Below, piece by piece: positions 26,620-39,706 of a DNA stretch of 64,000 nucleotides; the first letter of the stretch is position 1; the number at the start of each line of letters is the position of its first letter. This DNA comes from Octopus sinensis (Eukaryota). The position numbers and the translations under genes are program-made. The stretch spans positions 52,948,001 through 53,012,000 of the forward strand of contig NC_043015.1 in NCBI RefSeq assembly GCF_006345805.1, read 5' to 3'. A model generated the notes under the pieces. It was given only the letters and a program-made list of their open reading frames with translations, had not been told where the DNA came from and did no database searches.

Positions 26620-27047
26620 ACCATGCCACCACGTCCATGACGACGACGACGAGCGAGACTACCACCACTCCTCCACGACGACGACTACCACCACCACTAC
26701 CAAGACCAGCTCTACCACCACCACAACCACCACCATCACCATCAGAACCAGCACCACCATCTCCTCTACGACGACGACGGTCACCACCACCACCATTTCC
26801 AACACCATCACCATCTCCCCGATGATGACCACCACCACTACCACAATGTCGACCACCACCACCCCTGTCAGCTGCTCAGTGACTGCGAAAACTGCAGATG
26901 ATCCAACGCCCACGTAGCTCCTCACCCTCCAACCCTTCAACTACTACTACTACCACCACCACCACCACCACCACCACCACCACCACCACCACCACCACTA
27001 CTACTACTACTACCACCACTACCACCACCACCACCACCACCACCACC

Positions 27048-27080
<33 letters not shown>

Positions 27081-27090
27081 GCTGCTGCTG
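26620..27090. repeat. Compound (ACC/ACG/ACT)n tract
   Basis: Read directly from the sequence. It accounts for the poly-Thr and poly-Val ORFs. Confidence 0.9.
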
Positions 27091-27202
27091 CAACCACAGT
27101 TTTTCTCTCAGACACTAAAAGTCCATTAAGATATAAAATTTCAGTGATTACATCGCATGCCGATCTTGCAGCCCCTTTCATCAACGACACAACACTACAC
27201 AC

Positions 27203-27270
<68 letters not shown>

Positions 27271-27424
27271 GCACGCACACATGCGCATACACACACACTG
27301 TATGCACAATATACACACATGACAAGATAAAGCCTGCAAGAACACTCAAAACCTTTGTGTGGCTAAGTGTGTGTGTGTGGGGGGGTGCGTGTGTGAACGC
27401 CTGTATGTATGTACATGTGTATGT

Positions 27425-27461
<37 letters not shown>

Positions 27462-28441
27462 CATATATGTGTGTGTGTGTGAGGGGTGTATGAGTACGTT
27501 TATCCTACTTCTCTCACTATATGTATATGTGCATATGTACACATACAAGTTTGAATGTATACACATTCACACACGTAGTTTGCAAGTGTATGTCGGCACA
27601 TGTGTGTGTGTGCGTGTGTCTCTGTATGGGTGAGAACATTTATATACACTCGCATATCTATACATTGACACATACATACGCATACATGCACACACATACA
27701 TACATATACACACATACATACATACAGTCATAGATACATACACACATACATATACACATATACATACACACACATACACACACACACACATACATACATA
27801 ATACATACATACAAACATACATACTCACACATCCCTCCCTCCATCCATCCATACATACATACAACCATGCATGCATACTTATGGCGAAATGGCTCAGATG
27901 CTACAGTATCGGACAGAATGTATCACCGTCTTTGTAGTGCCTTCCTTGAGTTCCAACCCAGTTAAGGACAACATTGCCTTTTATTCTTTAGGGGTCGATT
28001 AAAAGTACCAATCAACGACCTTGGGTTAGCGGAATTGTCTGAGGGTCGTGTGGGATGACTTGTGGCATTTCTTCCTGCTCTTTGGGCTCTGAGAGCAGCA
28101 ACGCCCGGAGCGACCCAAGTGCCAAGCTGCATCGGCCCAAACCGTTGGCCTTTCCTTGGATAAACATCGATGGGGAACACAGGGGTTTGGTCAGGTTTAT
28201 AGGTGTCCTGCACGTCTATATTTTTTCCCTTCTTTTACTTGTTTCAGTCCTTTGACTGCGGCCATGCTGGAATATCCCCCTTGAAATGTTTTAGTCGAAC
28301 AAATCGATCCCAGGACTAATTTCTTAAACCTAGTATTTATTCTATCGGTCTTCTTTGCCGACCGCTAAGATACAGGGACATAAACACACCAACATCTACG
28401 TATGCATGTGTTTGTCTATTTGTATCTGTGTACTGTTTGTG

Positions 28442-28783
28442 AAGGCGCATGGCTCAGTGGTTAGAGCGTCGAGCTTACGATCGTGAGGTTGTGAGCTCGA
28501 ATCCCGGACCGGCCTGCGTGTTGTGTTCTTGAGCAAGGCACTTTATTTCACGTTGCTCCAGTTCACTCAGCTGTAGAAATGAGTTGCGACGTCACTGGTG
28601 CCAAGCTGTATCGACCTTTGTCTTTCCCTTGGATAACACTGGTGACCTGGAGAGGGGAGGCTGGTATGCATTGGTGACTGCTGGTCTTCCATAAACAACC
28701 TTGCCCGGACTTGTGTCTAGGAGGGTAACTTTCTAGGTGCAATCCCATGGTCATTCATGACCGAAGGGGGTCTTTACCTTTAC
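28442..28783 (+). mobile_element. Full-length family D SINE (tRNA head plus CORE-like domain)
   Basis: A box tggctcagtgg, B-box-like gagctcgaatccc, gttgtgttcttgagcaaggcacttta, and a (TTTACC) tail. Confidence 0.85.
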
Positions 28784-29055
28784 TGTTTGTGTTAGGTGCA
28801 TGAAGGTTAATGGAGTATATGTTATAGCAGGTACATGGTGCTGCCTCTGTGTGTGTGAGTGTGTGTATGGTTTAAAAGCACTAACAGAGTTCGCGTGCGC
28901 GCCGCACATATGCATACACACCTGCACCATTAAGAAGGTACGCAGATGCTCATCCTCCCGGTCACACACACAAATCTATGTATGGATGTATTGTGTATAC
29001 GTGTGCGCGTATGAGTGAGTCTGTGCGTATATGGACAGAAGCACGTAGGCATACA

Positions 29056-29090
<35 letters not shown>

Positions 29091-30496
29091 GCGAGTATAT
29101 GTATTCGCAGCCACACATAGAAATGTATTGAAAGCAGATACATTTATATACATTCACACATATTCACACAGTCACATTTAATGCATATCTATGTATGCGT
29201 ATATGTTTTAGAAGGCAACTACGTATATATATATATATATATATATACGTGTGTGTGTGTGTGTGTGGTGTGTTTGTGTGTGTATGTATACATATATATA
29301 TATATATATGTAAATATATACATATATATATATGTATATATACACACACACACACACACATCATACATATGAATGCGTATATATGTAAGTGTGTGCGTGC
29401 GCGCGTGCGAGTGAATTGAAGTGTGGAGAAACTTTATAAAAGCGATGAAGCAATTCGGAGAAATCATCAGAGCAAAACACTAAACACATTAACAATGTAC
29501 CCCACCCACGCCGCCGCCAGCACCAGCACCAGCACCAGCACCAACAACAACATCAACATCACCAGCAGCAGCAGCAGCAGCACCACCACCACCACCACCA
29601 CCACCACCACCACCGTCAACATTACTTCCTCGTTCTTCGTCACTCGTACTACCAAAACCACCAGCGGCACCACCATAAGAAACAAGAACAAGAGTGACAA
29701 GACCAACATCAGCAACAAGGATAGCAACAACAACAACAACAACAACGAGCCATCGTGGGACCCTGTCAGTGGTCGTTCGACCTTCCACAGTAAATATAGG
29801 AAATAGTACGATACGGTCTATACCACTTGTACCCCACGTACGTTTCAACATTGCGGAAATTCACATCCTATGTAGTAGGTGCTCATCGTACATTTGGATA
29901 TAAATCCACAATGGTTCTTCAGAAGAACACTCTAGCACGTCCGTCCTGTTTACACTGAGCAATGTAATGTTCAAAAGAACCGTTGTGCATCTGCATCCTT
30001 CAGCATTCGGGCATAATGCGCTTAACTCTCACTTCCTCCAAAAGCCAACCACAAGTGAATGGCCACTGAAAACGTAATACTACAGCCTTTTGGACTGAAA
30101 CATAATCTTATGCATAAATGGCAACTTGTTTGCTTTTGGATCTGTCTGTTATTATCCTGCTACCTACGCCAGTGAACCAATCTTTACAAAACTTTGCATA
30201 CATGTAAAACTAACATCCAGTTCAATTAGAGGTTAATTGGATTTTAATGAAAATCCAGAGTTGGCCACAAAGGCGGGTTGGGCTATTATTTGATAAAATG
30301 AGAAGGTGCAAGAGTGTTAGCCTGAGGGAATGTGGTGGCATAGTGAGTGTGGCTGATATCATAAAAGGGTTGACAACGTTGTGTAAGCGACAAATATGGA
30401 GTGGGAGAGGGATGGTAACGTTAATACAGCTCTCATTCACGGATATACACGCGACGCTGCATACATACTTTCGTAAATACATAGATACATGCATGT

Positions 30497-30855
30497 GGAG
30501 GCGCAACGATCCAGTGTTTAGGGTAGCGGATTCGCGGTTTCGATTCCCAGACCGGTCGTTGTGAGTATTTATTGAGCGAAAACGCCTAAAGCTCCACGAG
30601 GCTCCGGTTGGGGGTGGTAGCAAACCCTGCTGTACTTTTTCACCACAACTTTCTCTCACTCATCTTGTTTGTGTTGTACCTTTACTTCAAAGAGCCACTG
30701 TGCACACTGTGTCACGCTGAACCTCCTTCAGAATAACATTAAGGGTACACGTGTCTGTGGAGTGCTCAGTCACTTGCACGTTAATTCCACGAGCAGGCTG
30801 TTCCGTTGATCGGATCAACTGGAACCCCTCATCGTCGTAACCGACGGAGTGCCAC
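30497..30855 (+). mobile_element. Family C SINE
   Basis: Collinear with 61528-61884. Confidence 0.85.
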
Positions 30856-32029
30856 GTGATACATGCATACACAAACACATAACTAACTTTTAAAACGCCA
30901 ACGAAGGGAAAGAAAGGTGAATGTGAGGAATACGTAACTTCAAGGAGAGAGGGGTTAGGTGGCTTTTCTGCTGTTCATCGCAAAGAAACACTCACACACA
31001 CACACATACATACATACGTACATATATACATATATATGTCTTCTACACACCATTTTAAACTCGTGGTTTGTAAATGTATGTGTGTGTGTGTGTGTGACGT
31101 CCTATAACTGTCTGTCTCTCTATTTTTGTAGGGTCTTCCCTGTTTTTTTCACATATTGTGAAATCTTAAAATTGCGTCAAAATTTTCAAATTTGGAATCT
31201 TGAAATAATTTTCCACGTTAAATCCGATTTCGTTACTTATTTGTTCTAGAAAAAATGTAGAAAAATGTTACCGCGGTTTAAAGTTTAATCAATTTTACCT
31301 AATCAGAAAACAGGATTTGGAAGCTGGCATTTTCTGCATGATAGCTGTCTATCACAAAATGAAAGCAAAATCATTACAAAGAGAAATTTTTATTAAACAA
31401 ACGAAAGCAAAGCATTACGACAACCAAAGTTGTAAGAACTTCAGAAGCTTTAATAAGTTTTAATGACTACAGTCATGTGAAACGGCCAAATCGACCGCCG
31501 GTGGAATTTGAACACGGAACATCAAGAGCCAAAACAAATGCCACAAAGCATTTTCCCGATACCCTAACGATTCTGCCACATCACCATCCATTTTGAATTT
31601 ATTGATTCCCAGCACTGGACGATCTGTTGTCACCTGTCTATTGTCTTTTACTTGTTTCAGGTGTTAGATTGCGGCCATGCTGGGGCACCGCCTTCAAGAA
31701 TTTTTAGTCAGAAGATCAACCCCAGAACTTTGTCTGCTTTTAAAAGGCTGGTACTTATTCTATCGATCTCTTTAGCGGAACCGGAAAGTTACGCGGACAT
31801 AAACAAACCAACACCAGTTGTCAAGCGGTGCGGATATATATATATATGTTCTTTTTATATTCTTTTATTTGTTTCAGTCGTTTGACTGCGGCCATGCTGG
31901 AACAACACCTTTAGTCGAACAAATCGACCCCTGTACTTATAAGCCTTGTACTTATTCTATCGGTCTCTTTTGCCGAACCACTAAGTTACGGGGACCACTA
32001 AGTTACAGGGACGTAAACGTACCAACATC

Positions 32030-32401
32030 GGTTGCCAGACTTGACAGACCCGGACTTTTCTTGCGGGGATACCCGAAAGAGAGGGTTTACGTCAACAAAA
32101 TCGGAGACTCTGGTGCAAATGAAGGAGAACATCAACAGAGAAATCAGAGAAGTGGGGTCTGAAACTCTTGAGGGTGTTAAGGTGCAAGTTTTGGAAAGAG
32201 CATGGGCGTGCGAAACCAAAAATGGTTGCCATTTAAGCGATGCCGTTTTCCATATGTGATCTAGTGGTGTTGCAAAATCTGACTTGTGCATATTAATTTC
32301 CATTCTGTCTTTTATATTATATCAAAATTTCATGCTTTTAGTTGTAAAGTTAAGGAAGTTATTAAAAATTGAAACCCATGACTGACTTTTGGCACACCCT
32401 G
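32030..32401 (+). mobile_element. mariner/Tc1-type transposon 3' end (transposase C-terminus plus TIR)
   Basis: PDLT..DFFLRGYPKERVYVNK[frameshift]SETLVQMKENINREIRE...RAWACETKNGCHLSDAVFHM* matches WP..SPDLTP.DFFLWGYLK..VY...G.HL. The element ends ggcacaccctg|TA. Confidence 0.8.
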
Positions 32402-32404
32402 TAT

Positions 32405-32860
32405 ATACGAAGAGCTTCTTTCAGTTTCCGTCTACCAAAACTTCTCATAAGGCTTTGGTCAATTCGAGGCTATAGTAGAAGACATTTGCCCCAGGTGCCA
32501 TTCAGTGGGACTGAACCCGGAACCATGTAGTTGGGAATATATCATATATATACGATGGGCTTCTTTCAGTTTCCGTCTACCAAATCTACTCATAATGCTT
32601 TGGTCGACCCGAGGCTATAGTAGAATATATTTGCCCAAGGTGCCATTCAGTGGGACTGAACCAGGAACCATGTGGTTGGGAATATATCATATGCATATAT
32701 ACGATGGGCTTCTTTCAGTTTCCGTCAACCAAATCCACTCACAAGGCTTTGGTCGGCCCGAGGCTATAGTAGAAAACATTTGCCCAAGGTGCCACGCAGT
32801 GGGACTGAATCCGGAACCATATAGCTGAGAAGCAACCTTCTTACCACACAGCCACACCTG
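32405..32860 (-). repeat. Three tandem copies (~147-bp period) of the family B SINE head
   Basis: cttctttcagtttccgtc occurs at 32415, 32560 and 32709, each copy with gggactgaa(c/t)c. Confidence 0.85.
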
Positions 32861-33329
32861 TGCCAAAATTTTTTGTATCTAATCAAATCACATCTAAGGG
32901 CAAAAAGCAAAATCTTCAAATCCTCAACTGGGATTTGAAACCCGATCGTACAGAGACGAAACTAAGTAATGCAGTACATTTGTAGTCCGTTCCTCTACCA
33001 ATCTTTACTTCGTAATACATACAGACACCGTTCCACAGACAAAGAACACTTAGACCCCTCTCTGCCCCTATGTTCTACCTCATCCACACACACACACACA
33101 CACACACACATTTCCTTCTCCGTCTCGTATTGATAATCACGCAAACAGCGTCTGTGTAAATTTATCAATACTGTTAAAAATGTATTTTTTAACGAATCTT
33201 TAAGCAACGTCATACACCAACAGCGACAGATTTATACCGGTAGCGATAAATAAAACAAAAAGACTCGCGAGTATATATATATATATATATATGTATGTAT
33301 TTATACAAATGTAAGTATATATACAAATA

Positions 33330-33365
<36 letters not shown>

Positions 33366-33523
33366 TATCTATGTACACACATATATATTATATATATACA
33401 TATATATATGTATGTATTTATACAAATGTAAGTATATATACACATATACATACATATATATATATATATATATGTATACATGCATACATAACCTGTATAT
33501 ATATATATATAGGTTATGTATGC

Positions 33524-33560
<37 letters not shown>

Positions 33561-33648
33561 GATGTAAGTATATACGTACTGTTATGTATATATACACACA
33601 TATATCCATATATTACACATACTTATAAACACACACTATTACATGCTC

Positions 33649-33698
<50 letters not shown>

Positions 33699-33913
33699 GC
33701 ACGCACGCACAGAGCTTAGAGGGGAAAATAAAATACACAGACTGCAAAAAGTAAGTTGCTGCCGCAAACATCAAAGATTTCTGGTTGCTTTTATTCTCTT
33801 TTCTTATGTTTGTTAATTTGTTATTTTTTTTTCCTTCTGTGGATTCCACTCCAATGCTAACCAAAGCAAGACCAATGCAAATTTCTCGTTTTAGCTTTTA
33901 CCACCACACACAC

Positions 33914-33968
<55 letters not shown>

Positions 33969-34592
33969 TACACACACATACATGCATATATACATACATG
34001 AATACATACATACATATATGAATACATACATACATACATATATGAATACATACATACATACATGAATACATACATACATACATATATGAATACATGCATA
34101 CATACATACATAGAAACACAAATATATAAACATATGCACTAAGGTAGACAAATACACACATATACACACACACACATATATGTATGTATGCATGTTTATA
34201 CGCGTAAGTAGATATGTGTTTGTGTGTGTGTATGCATATATATGTGTGTGTGTGTGTATGCATATATATGTGTGTGTGTGTATGTATATATATATATATG
34301 TGTGTGTGTGTTCGCGTGTATGTATGTGTTCCATACACATACACAGTTTATATATATATATATATTTAAACCGTATGTGTATGGAACACATACATACACG
34401 CGAACACACACACATATATTTATATATACATACACACACACACACATATATATGCATACACACACACACACCATATATATACATACACACGCACACACAG
34501 ATACACATATATATATGAGAGAGAGCGTTATACAATGTCCGACGACTCTCCGACCCTCTATCTCTTTATCTCTTTCTTCTTTACACTCTTCC

Positions 34593-34632
<40 letters not shown>

Positions 34633-34789
34633 TGGGTATACAAACACATACACAATATACTGTAATCTTATATCCAATCGCTTACACACACACATATATA
34701 TATACATAGACATACACACACACACATACACATACATGGATGAGAGGAGATCAAAAGGCGGTGAATATTCTAATTACAAAGGATAAAAG

Positions 34790-35350
34790 CTATATTACCG
34801 CCGCCACCATCACCACCACCACCACTATCACCACTATCATCATCATCATCAACTGCCACTTGTACTGCAACCATCCAACTACTACCGCTACTATCTACCA
34901 ACCACAACTAACAAGAGCAACACTCCACCCACCCCGCCCCAACATACCCCCACCTCATCCCGCTTCACCCCACTCCCCATCCTACCCGCTTCTACCTGTA
35001 AACGCCGGTTACCATCATCAATCACGTCGCCGATTCACACCACCATTAACTACAAGTAACCACCACCACCGCCACCACCACCCACCGCCGCCTCCTCCTC
35101 CTCCACCATCCAGCCAACCAATGCGACTGACACGACTGTCATCTATCATGTTACTCACCACTTTCACCACCAACGCCGCCGCCGCCACCGTGACTATCAC
35201 CACTGCGACAACGACGACCATCACCACCACCACCACTGCCACCATCACCACCGCCGCCGCCGCCGCCGCACCAACCGATATCGCAACCAGCAACAGGCAC
35301 CGTCCTCACCACCGCAACCACTACGACAACCACCACCACCTATACCAACG
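34790..35350. repeat. Compound (ACC/GCC/ATC)n low-complexity tract
   Basis: Read directly from the sequence. Confidence 0.85.
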
Positions 35351-35500
35351 ACAACAATATCAAAAAGCCTCTATGCGGTCACTGGACATGCTCGAAGTAA
35401 CAGCCAAATCTTTCTCCAGTAATAATACTCTGTCATCTTAAAATATGAAGAACACTTTGGATAATGCGATTCTACGTACGTGAAAAAATATGTCTCAAAA

Positions 35501-36106
35501 AAGGCGGCGAGCTGGCAGAAACTTTAGCGCGCCGGACGAAATGCGCAGCCGTATTTCGTCTGCCGTTACGTTCTGAGTTCAAATTCCGCCGAGGTCGACA
35601 TGGCCTTTCATCCTTTCGGGGTCGATTAAATAAGTACCAGTTACGCACTGGGGTTGATGTAATCGACTTAATCCGTTTGTCTGTCCTTGTTTGTCTCCTC
35701 TGTGTTTAGCCCCTTGTGGGTAGTAAAGAAATAGGCATTTCGTCTGCCGCTACGTTCTGAGTTCAAATTCTGCCGAGGTCGACTTTGCCTTTCATTCTTT
35801 CCAGTTGCGTACTGGGATCGATCTAATCCACTAGCCCTCTCCCACAAAATTTCGGGCCTTGTTCCTATAGTAGAAAAGAATATTTTAAAGGCGGTGAGCT
35901 GGCAGAAACGTTAGTGCGCCGGGCGAAATGCTTAGCAGTATTTCGTCTGTCTTTACGTTCTGAGTTCAAATTCTGCCGAGGTCGACTTTGTCTTTCATCC
36001 TTTCGGAGATCGATAAATTAAGTACCAGTTGAGTACTGGGGTCGATCTAATTGACTGCCCCCGCCCTAAAACTTTCGGGCCTTGTGCCTAGTGTAGAAAA
36101 GGTTAT
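35501..36106 (+). mobile_element. Multimeric (three-unit) family A SINE flanked by a 13-bp direct repeat
   Basis: atatgtctcaaaa occurs at 35488-35500 and 36107-36119. Units start at 35503, ~35737 (headless) and 35890. Confidence 0.8.
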
Positions 36107-36132
36107 ATATGTCTCAAAACAATAATAATGAT

Positions 36133-36532
36133 CCTTCCTACCATAGTCTCAAGGCCTAAAATTCTGGGTGAGGGGGCCAGTCGTTTAGATCGGTCCCAGT
36201 GCGTAACTGCTACTAAATTTATCGGCACCGAAAGGATGAAAGCGCAAAGTCTTTCGACTTTGCCTTTCGACTTCGGCGGAATTCGAACTCAGAACGTAGC
36301 GACAGACAAATACCTATTTCCTAACTACCCACAGAGAGGACAAACAAGGACAGACAAACGGATTAAGTCGATTATATCGACCCCAGTGCGTAACTGGTAC
36401 TTATTTAATCGACCGCGAAAGGATGAAAGACAAAGTCAACCTCGGCGGAATTTGAACTCAGAACGTAGCGACGGACGAAATGCCGTTAAGTATTTTGCCC
36501 GGTGTGCTAACGATTCTGCCAGCTCGCCGCCT
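36133..36532 (-). mobile_element. Dimeric family A SINE, inverted relative to 35501-36106
   Basis: Ends ...cgattctgccagctcgccgcctt, the reverse complement of the family A head. Confidence 0.85.
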
Positions 36533-36666
36533 TAATAACAATAATAATAAAACTGGATGGAGAGTCACGGCTGGTAACGCGTTTGCCGAAGTTATGCTCA
36601 GCCAGAAATGAACCGGTGTTTGATACCATTCACGCACATTATCTGTCTGCCTGCCTGCCTGCCTGC

Positions 36667-36759
<93 letters not shown>

Positions 36760-36941
36760 CGTGTGTGTGTGTGTTTTCTTCCAAATATAACAAACTCGAT
36801 GCATCTTATTCAATTTACAATTATTAGGAGCATAACTCAATCGTTTTTTCAAAATTTCAACCTTCATTTTGTAGAAAATATCATGTTTCATTATGTATGT
36901 GTACGAGTCCCATGTATGTGTACGAGTCATAAAAAATTACT

Positions 36942-37257
36942 CATCATCATCATCATCATCATTTAGCGTCCGCTTTCCATGCTAGCATGGGTTGGACGGT
37001 TCAACTGGGGTCTGTGAAGCCAGAAGGCTGCATCAGGCCCAGTCTGATCTGGCAGTGTTTCTACGGCTGGATGCTCTTCCTAACGCCAGCCACTCCGTGA
37101 GTGTAGTGGGTGCTTTTTACGTGCCACCCGCACAGGTGCCAGACGGAGCTGGCAAACGGCCACGAACGGATGATGCTTTTACGTGCCACCGGCACGGGGA
37201 CCAGGCGAGGCTGGCAACGGACACGAACGGATGGTGCTTTTACGTGCCACCGGCACC
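36942..37257 (-). mobile_element. RTE-LINE 3' UTR fragment (or RTE-dependent short element) with (GAT)n tail
   Basis: Reverse complement of the 3' UTR that follows the RTE ORF at 63300-63625, with internal ~55-bp repeats tgcttttacgtgccaccggcac. Confidence 0.85.
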
Positions 37258-37271
37258 AAAAAAAAGAAAAA

Positions 37272-37775
37272 AGTCACCGTATCTTCCTTTCCCGATCGCT
37301 GAACTTTAACTTCTTGGCCTTTGGAGAAGCGTGGCGCTTTTCTATGGACTGAGCATTCACTTCCGGATCATAAAGATATGTTCACGATTTCATCCCGTGT
37401 CACCAGATCGGAAATAACGGTCTGGGGTGGCTTCAAAAGCTTCCAGTAGATCAGAGGTGACTTTCACACTTCTCTTCTAAAGTCGAGTGTTAACTGCCGA
37501 GGTGCTCACTTCGAGGAACTTTCAGAAAACCAGGATTTTCTACAGTCCATTTATGCAGCAGGCTCTCCAGTTGGGACTCATCTGTCCACGACAATCCGTT
37601 CGTCCACTCGCTGCAGGTTCCGGTCAATGGTTCCAAGTGATCCTCTCCTATTGCTTGGTTAGTTTTCAATGCTGCTTTTCTCTTCTTTAAAGTTCTCCAT
37701 CTGTCTCTCCCTCTCTCTTGTCAATTGTGTCTTCTCCATAAACAGTTTGTGATCTTCTGTAGGTTTTAGAAACCC
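37272..37775 (-). mobile_element. mariner transposase remnant
   Basis: Minus-strand pieces YGEDTIDK, TSDLLEAFEATPDR, SDLVTRDE, YDPEVNAQS and HASPKAKK correspond to mariner YGE..., VTGDETW..YDPE.K.QS and SP.PKK motifs. Confidence 0.75.
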
Positions 37776-38150
37776 TGCACTCTTCCCTTCGTCAAAAAAA
37801 TCAATGACGTCATGGAGTGTTACGATACAGAATGAGTTATTCTCTCAACATTTGCAATTTGAACGACTTCCGCTAATAAAAGAAGTTCTGCTGGGCTTTT
37901 TCATTTCATTTGGTACAACCCTCATCTCTCCCACACGCCATGATAGATTGTTAGCCACTACACACATTTTTTTTCTCTCCTTGTTTTTTCTGTGTCCCTT
38001 TCCGTAGAAGAGCATAGGCTCGAAATGTAAAAGACTTTTTTCTATTCCTGTGCGTTATACTAATACATCTGTTTGTTTTGTACACTACCTGTCTTCGTCT
38101 TTTGTTTTTTTCGTAAACTTTCCCTATATATATATATATATGTGTGTGTG

Positions 38151-38187
<37 letters not shown>

Positions 38188-38211
38188 CATATCTATGTAT
38201 GTATATTGCAG

Positions 38212-38316
38212 AAAATGGAATTAACGAGATTCTATATTCAAAACCACTAGAATTGATTCGACGAGTTCTCACACCTGTACTTCATGGGCGAGATGTTGTT
38301 CAATGCATCTCCTCAG
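38212..38316 (+). CDS. Candidate internal exon of a divergent eIF4A/DEAD-box-like helicase (Q-motif to motif I region)
   Basis: ttgcag| acceptor and G|gtgact donor, 105 nt, phase 1-1, stop-free. The peptide xNGINEILYSKPLELIRRVLTPVLHGRDVVQCISSG aligns without gaps to eIF4A GIYAYGFEKPSAIQQRAI.P..KG.DVIAQAQSG. Confidence 0.55.
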
Positions 38317-38401
38317 GTGACTGTTTAAACATGGTCCTCACTGAATTCTCTCGATATTTCATTCAGTTTAATAATGTATACCTAGACTGATATGATATTC
38401 C

Positions 38402-38471
<70 letters not shown>

Positions 38472-38481
38472 TAGTAATAAT

Positions 38482-38540
<59 letters not shown>

Positions 38541-38542
38541 TA

Positions 38543-39099
38543 AATGCTCTGATGCAGTACCAGGCAGAGGCTCTCATGGCTTCTGATCTTAACTGATTGG
38601 AAGTGTTATCATGTACATTATTCTGTCTTGGTATAAAAGATGGGCTACAGCAAATATTCTGCTCAATACCACAGATTTGCTTGTCAGTTGTTTGACCTTA
38701 ACCAGTTGAGCATGTCCCTTAGTGGCTGACGATATGTGCATCTCTGATCACGAGCAGAAGTAGTGGGGGAGCATCATAGCCATGTGTTGAGAGGGATTCT
38801 TTGGGGTTTGAATAATTCACCTCTGGAGACATTGGTGGGTTTTTCAACATCCTTAAACAACCCTTATTCAGGGACCGTTTGAGCGGGATGGGCTACTCAA
38901 CCTGAAGAAAATTCTAACTGGGCCCCACCTGCAAGGTCATGTGCAGTTTATCTTGATATGAGATCACCATGCCGCGCACATATGGTTGTGATGCATGTGC
39001 CTGGTGTGCCCTTATCAGACGGGTAGTCATGATGGGTATATTGGGCTTCGTATATTTTACCCCAGTGTCACTTTGATGGCATGCTCTGCTCGCTCACTC
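38543..39099. mobile_element. 557-bp non-coding interspersed element embedded in (AAT)n
   Basis: Starts aatgctctgatgcagtaccagg and ends ctcgctcactc, with (AAT)n on both sides. Further copies lie at 39842-40380, 55269-55778 and 56294-56636. Confidence 0.85.
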
Positions 39100-39154
<55 letters not shown>

Positions 39155-39313
39155 TATAAGGGTAGCTGTGTGGTAAGAAGTTTGCTTTCCAATTGTATGG
39201 TTCCGGGTTCAGTCCCACTGCGTCACACCTTGGGCAAATGTCTTCTACTATAGCCTTGGGCTGACAAAAACCTTCAGTGGATTTGTGTTGAATGAAACTG
39301 AAAGAAGCCCGTC

Positions 39314-39376
<63 letters not shown>

Positions 39377-39399
39377 ATATAATATATATATATATAATA

Positions 39400-39655
39400 T
39401 ATAGTAACTATGTGTGGTGTGTGTGTGTGTGTTGTATGCATATCTAGTATGTATATTGCAGAAAAATGGAATTAACGAGATTCTATATTCAAAACCACTA
39501 GAATTGATTCGACGAGTTCTCACACCTGTACTTCATGGGCGAGATGTTGTTCAATGCATCTCTCAGGTGACTGTTAAACATGGTCCTCACTGAATTCTCT
39601 CGATATTTCATTCGTTTTAAAATGTATACCTAGACTGATATGATATTCCATAATA

Positions 39656-39706
<51 letters not shown>

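Noticed and set aside
28442-28520. tRNA-like heads (also at 56845, 61528 and others) as true tRNA genes
   Set aside because: Acceptor stems are not complementary, and the heads run straight into SINE bodies.
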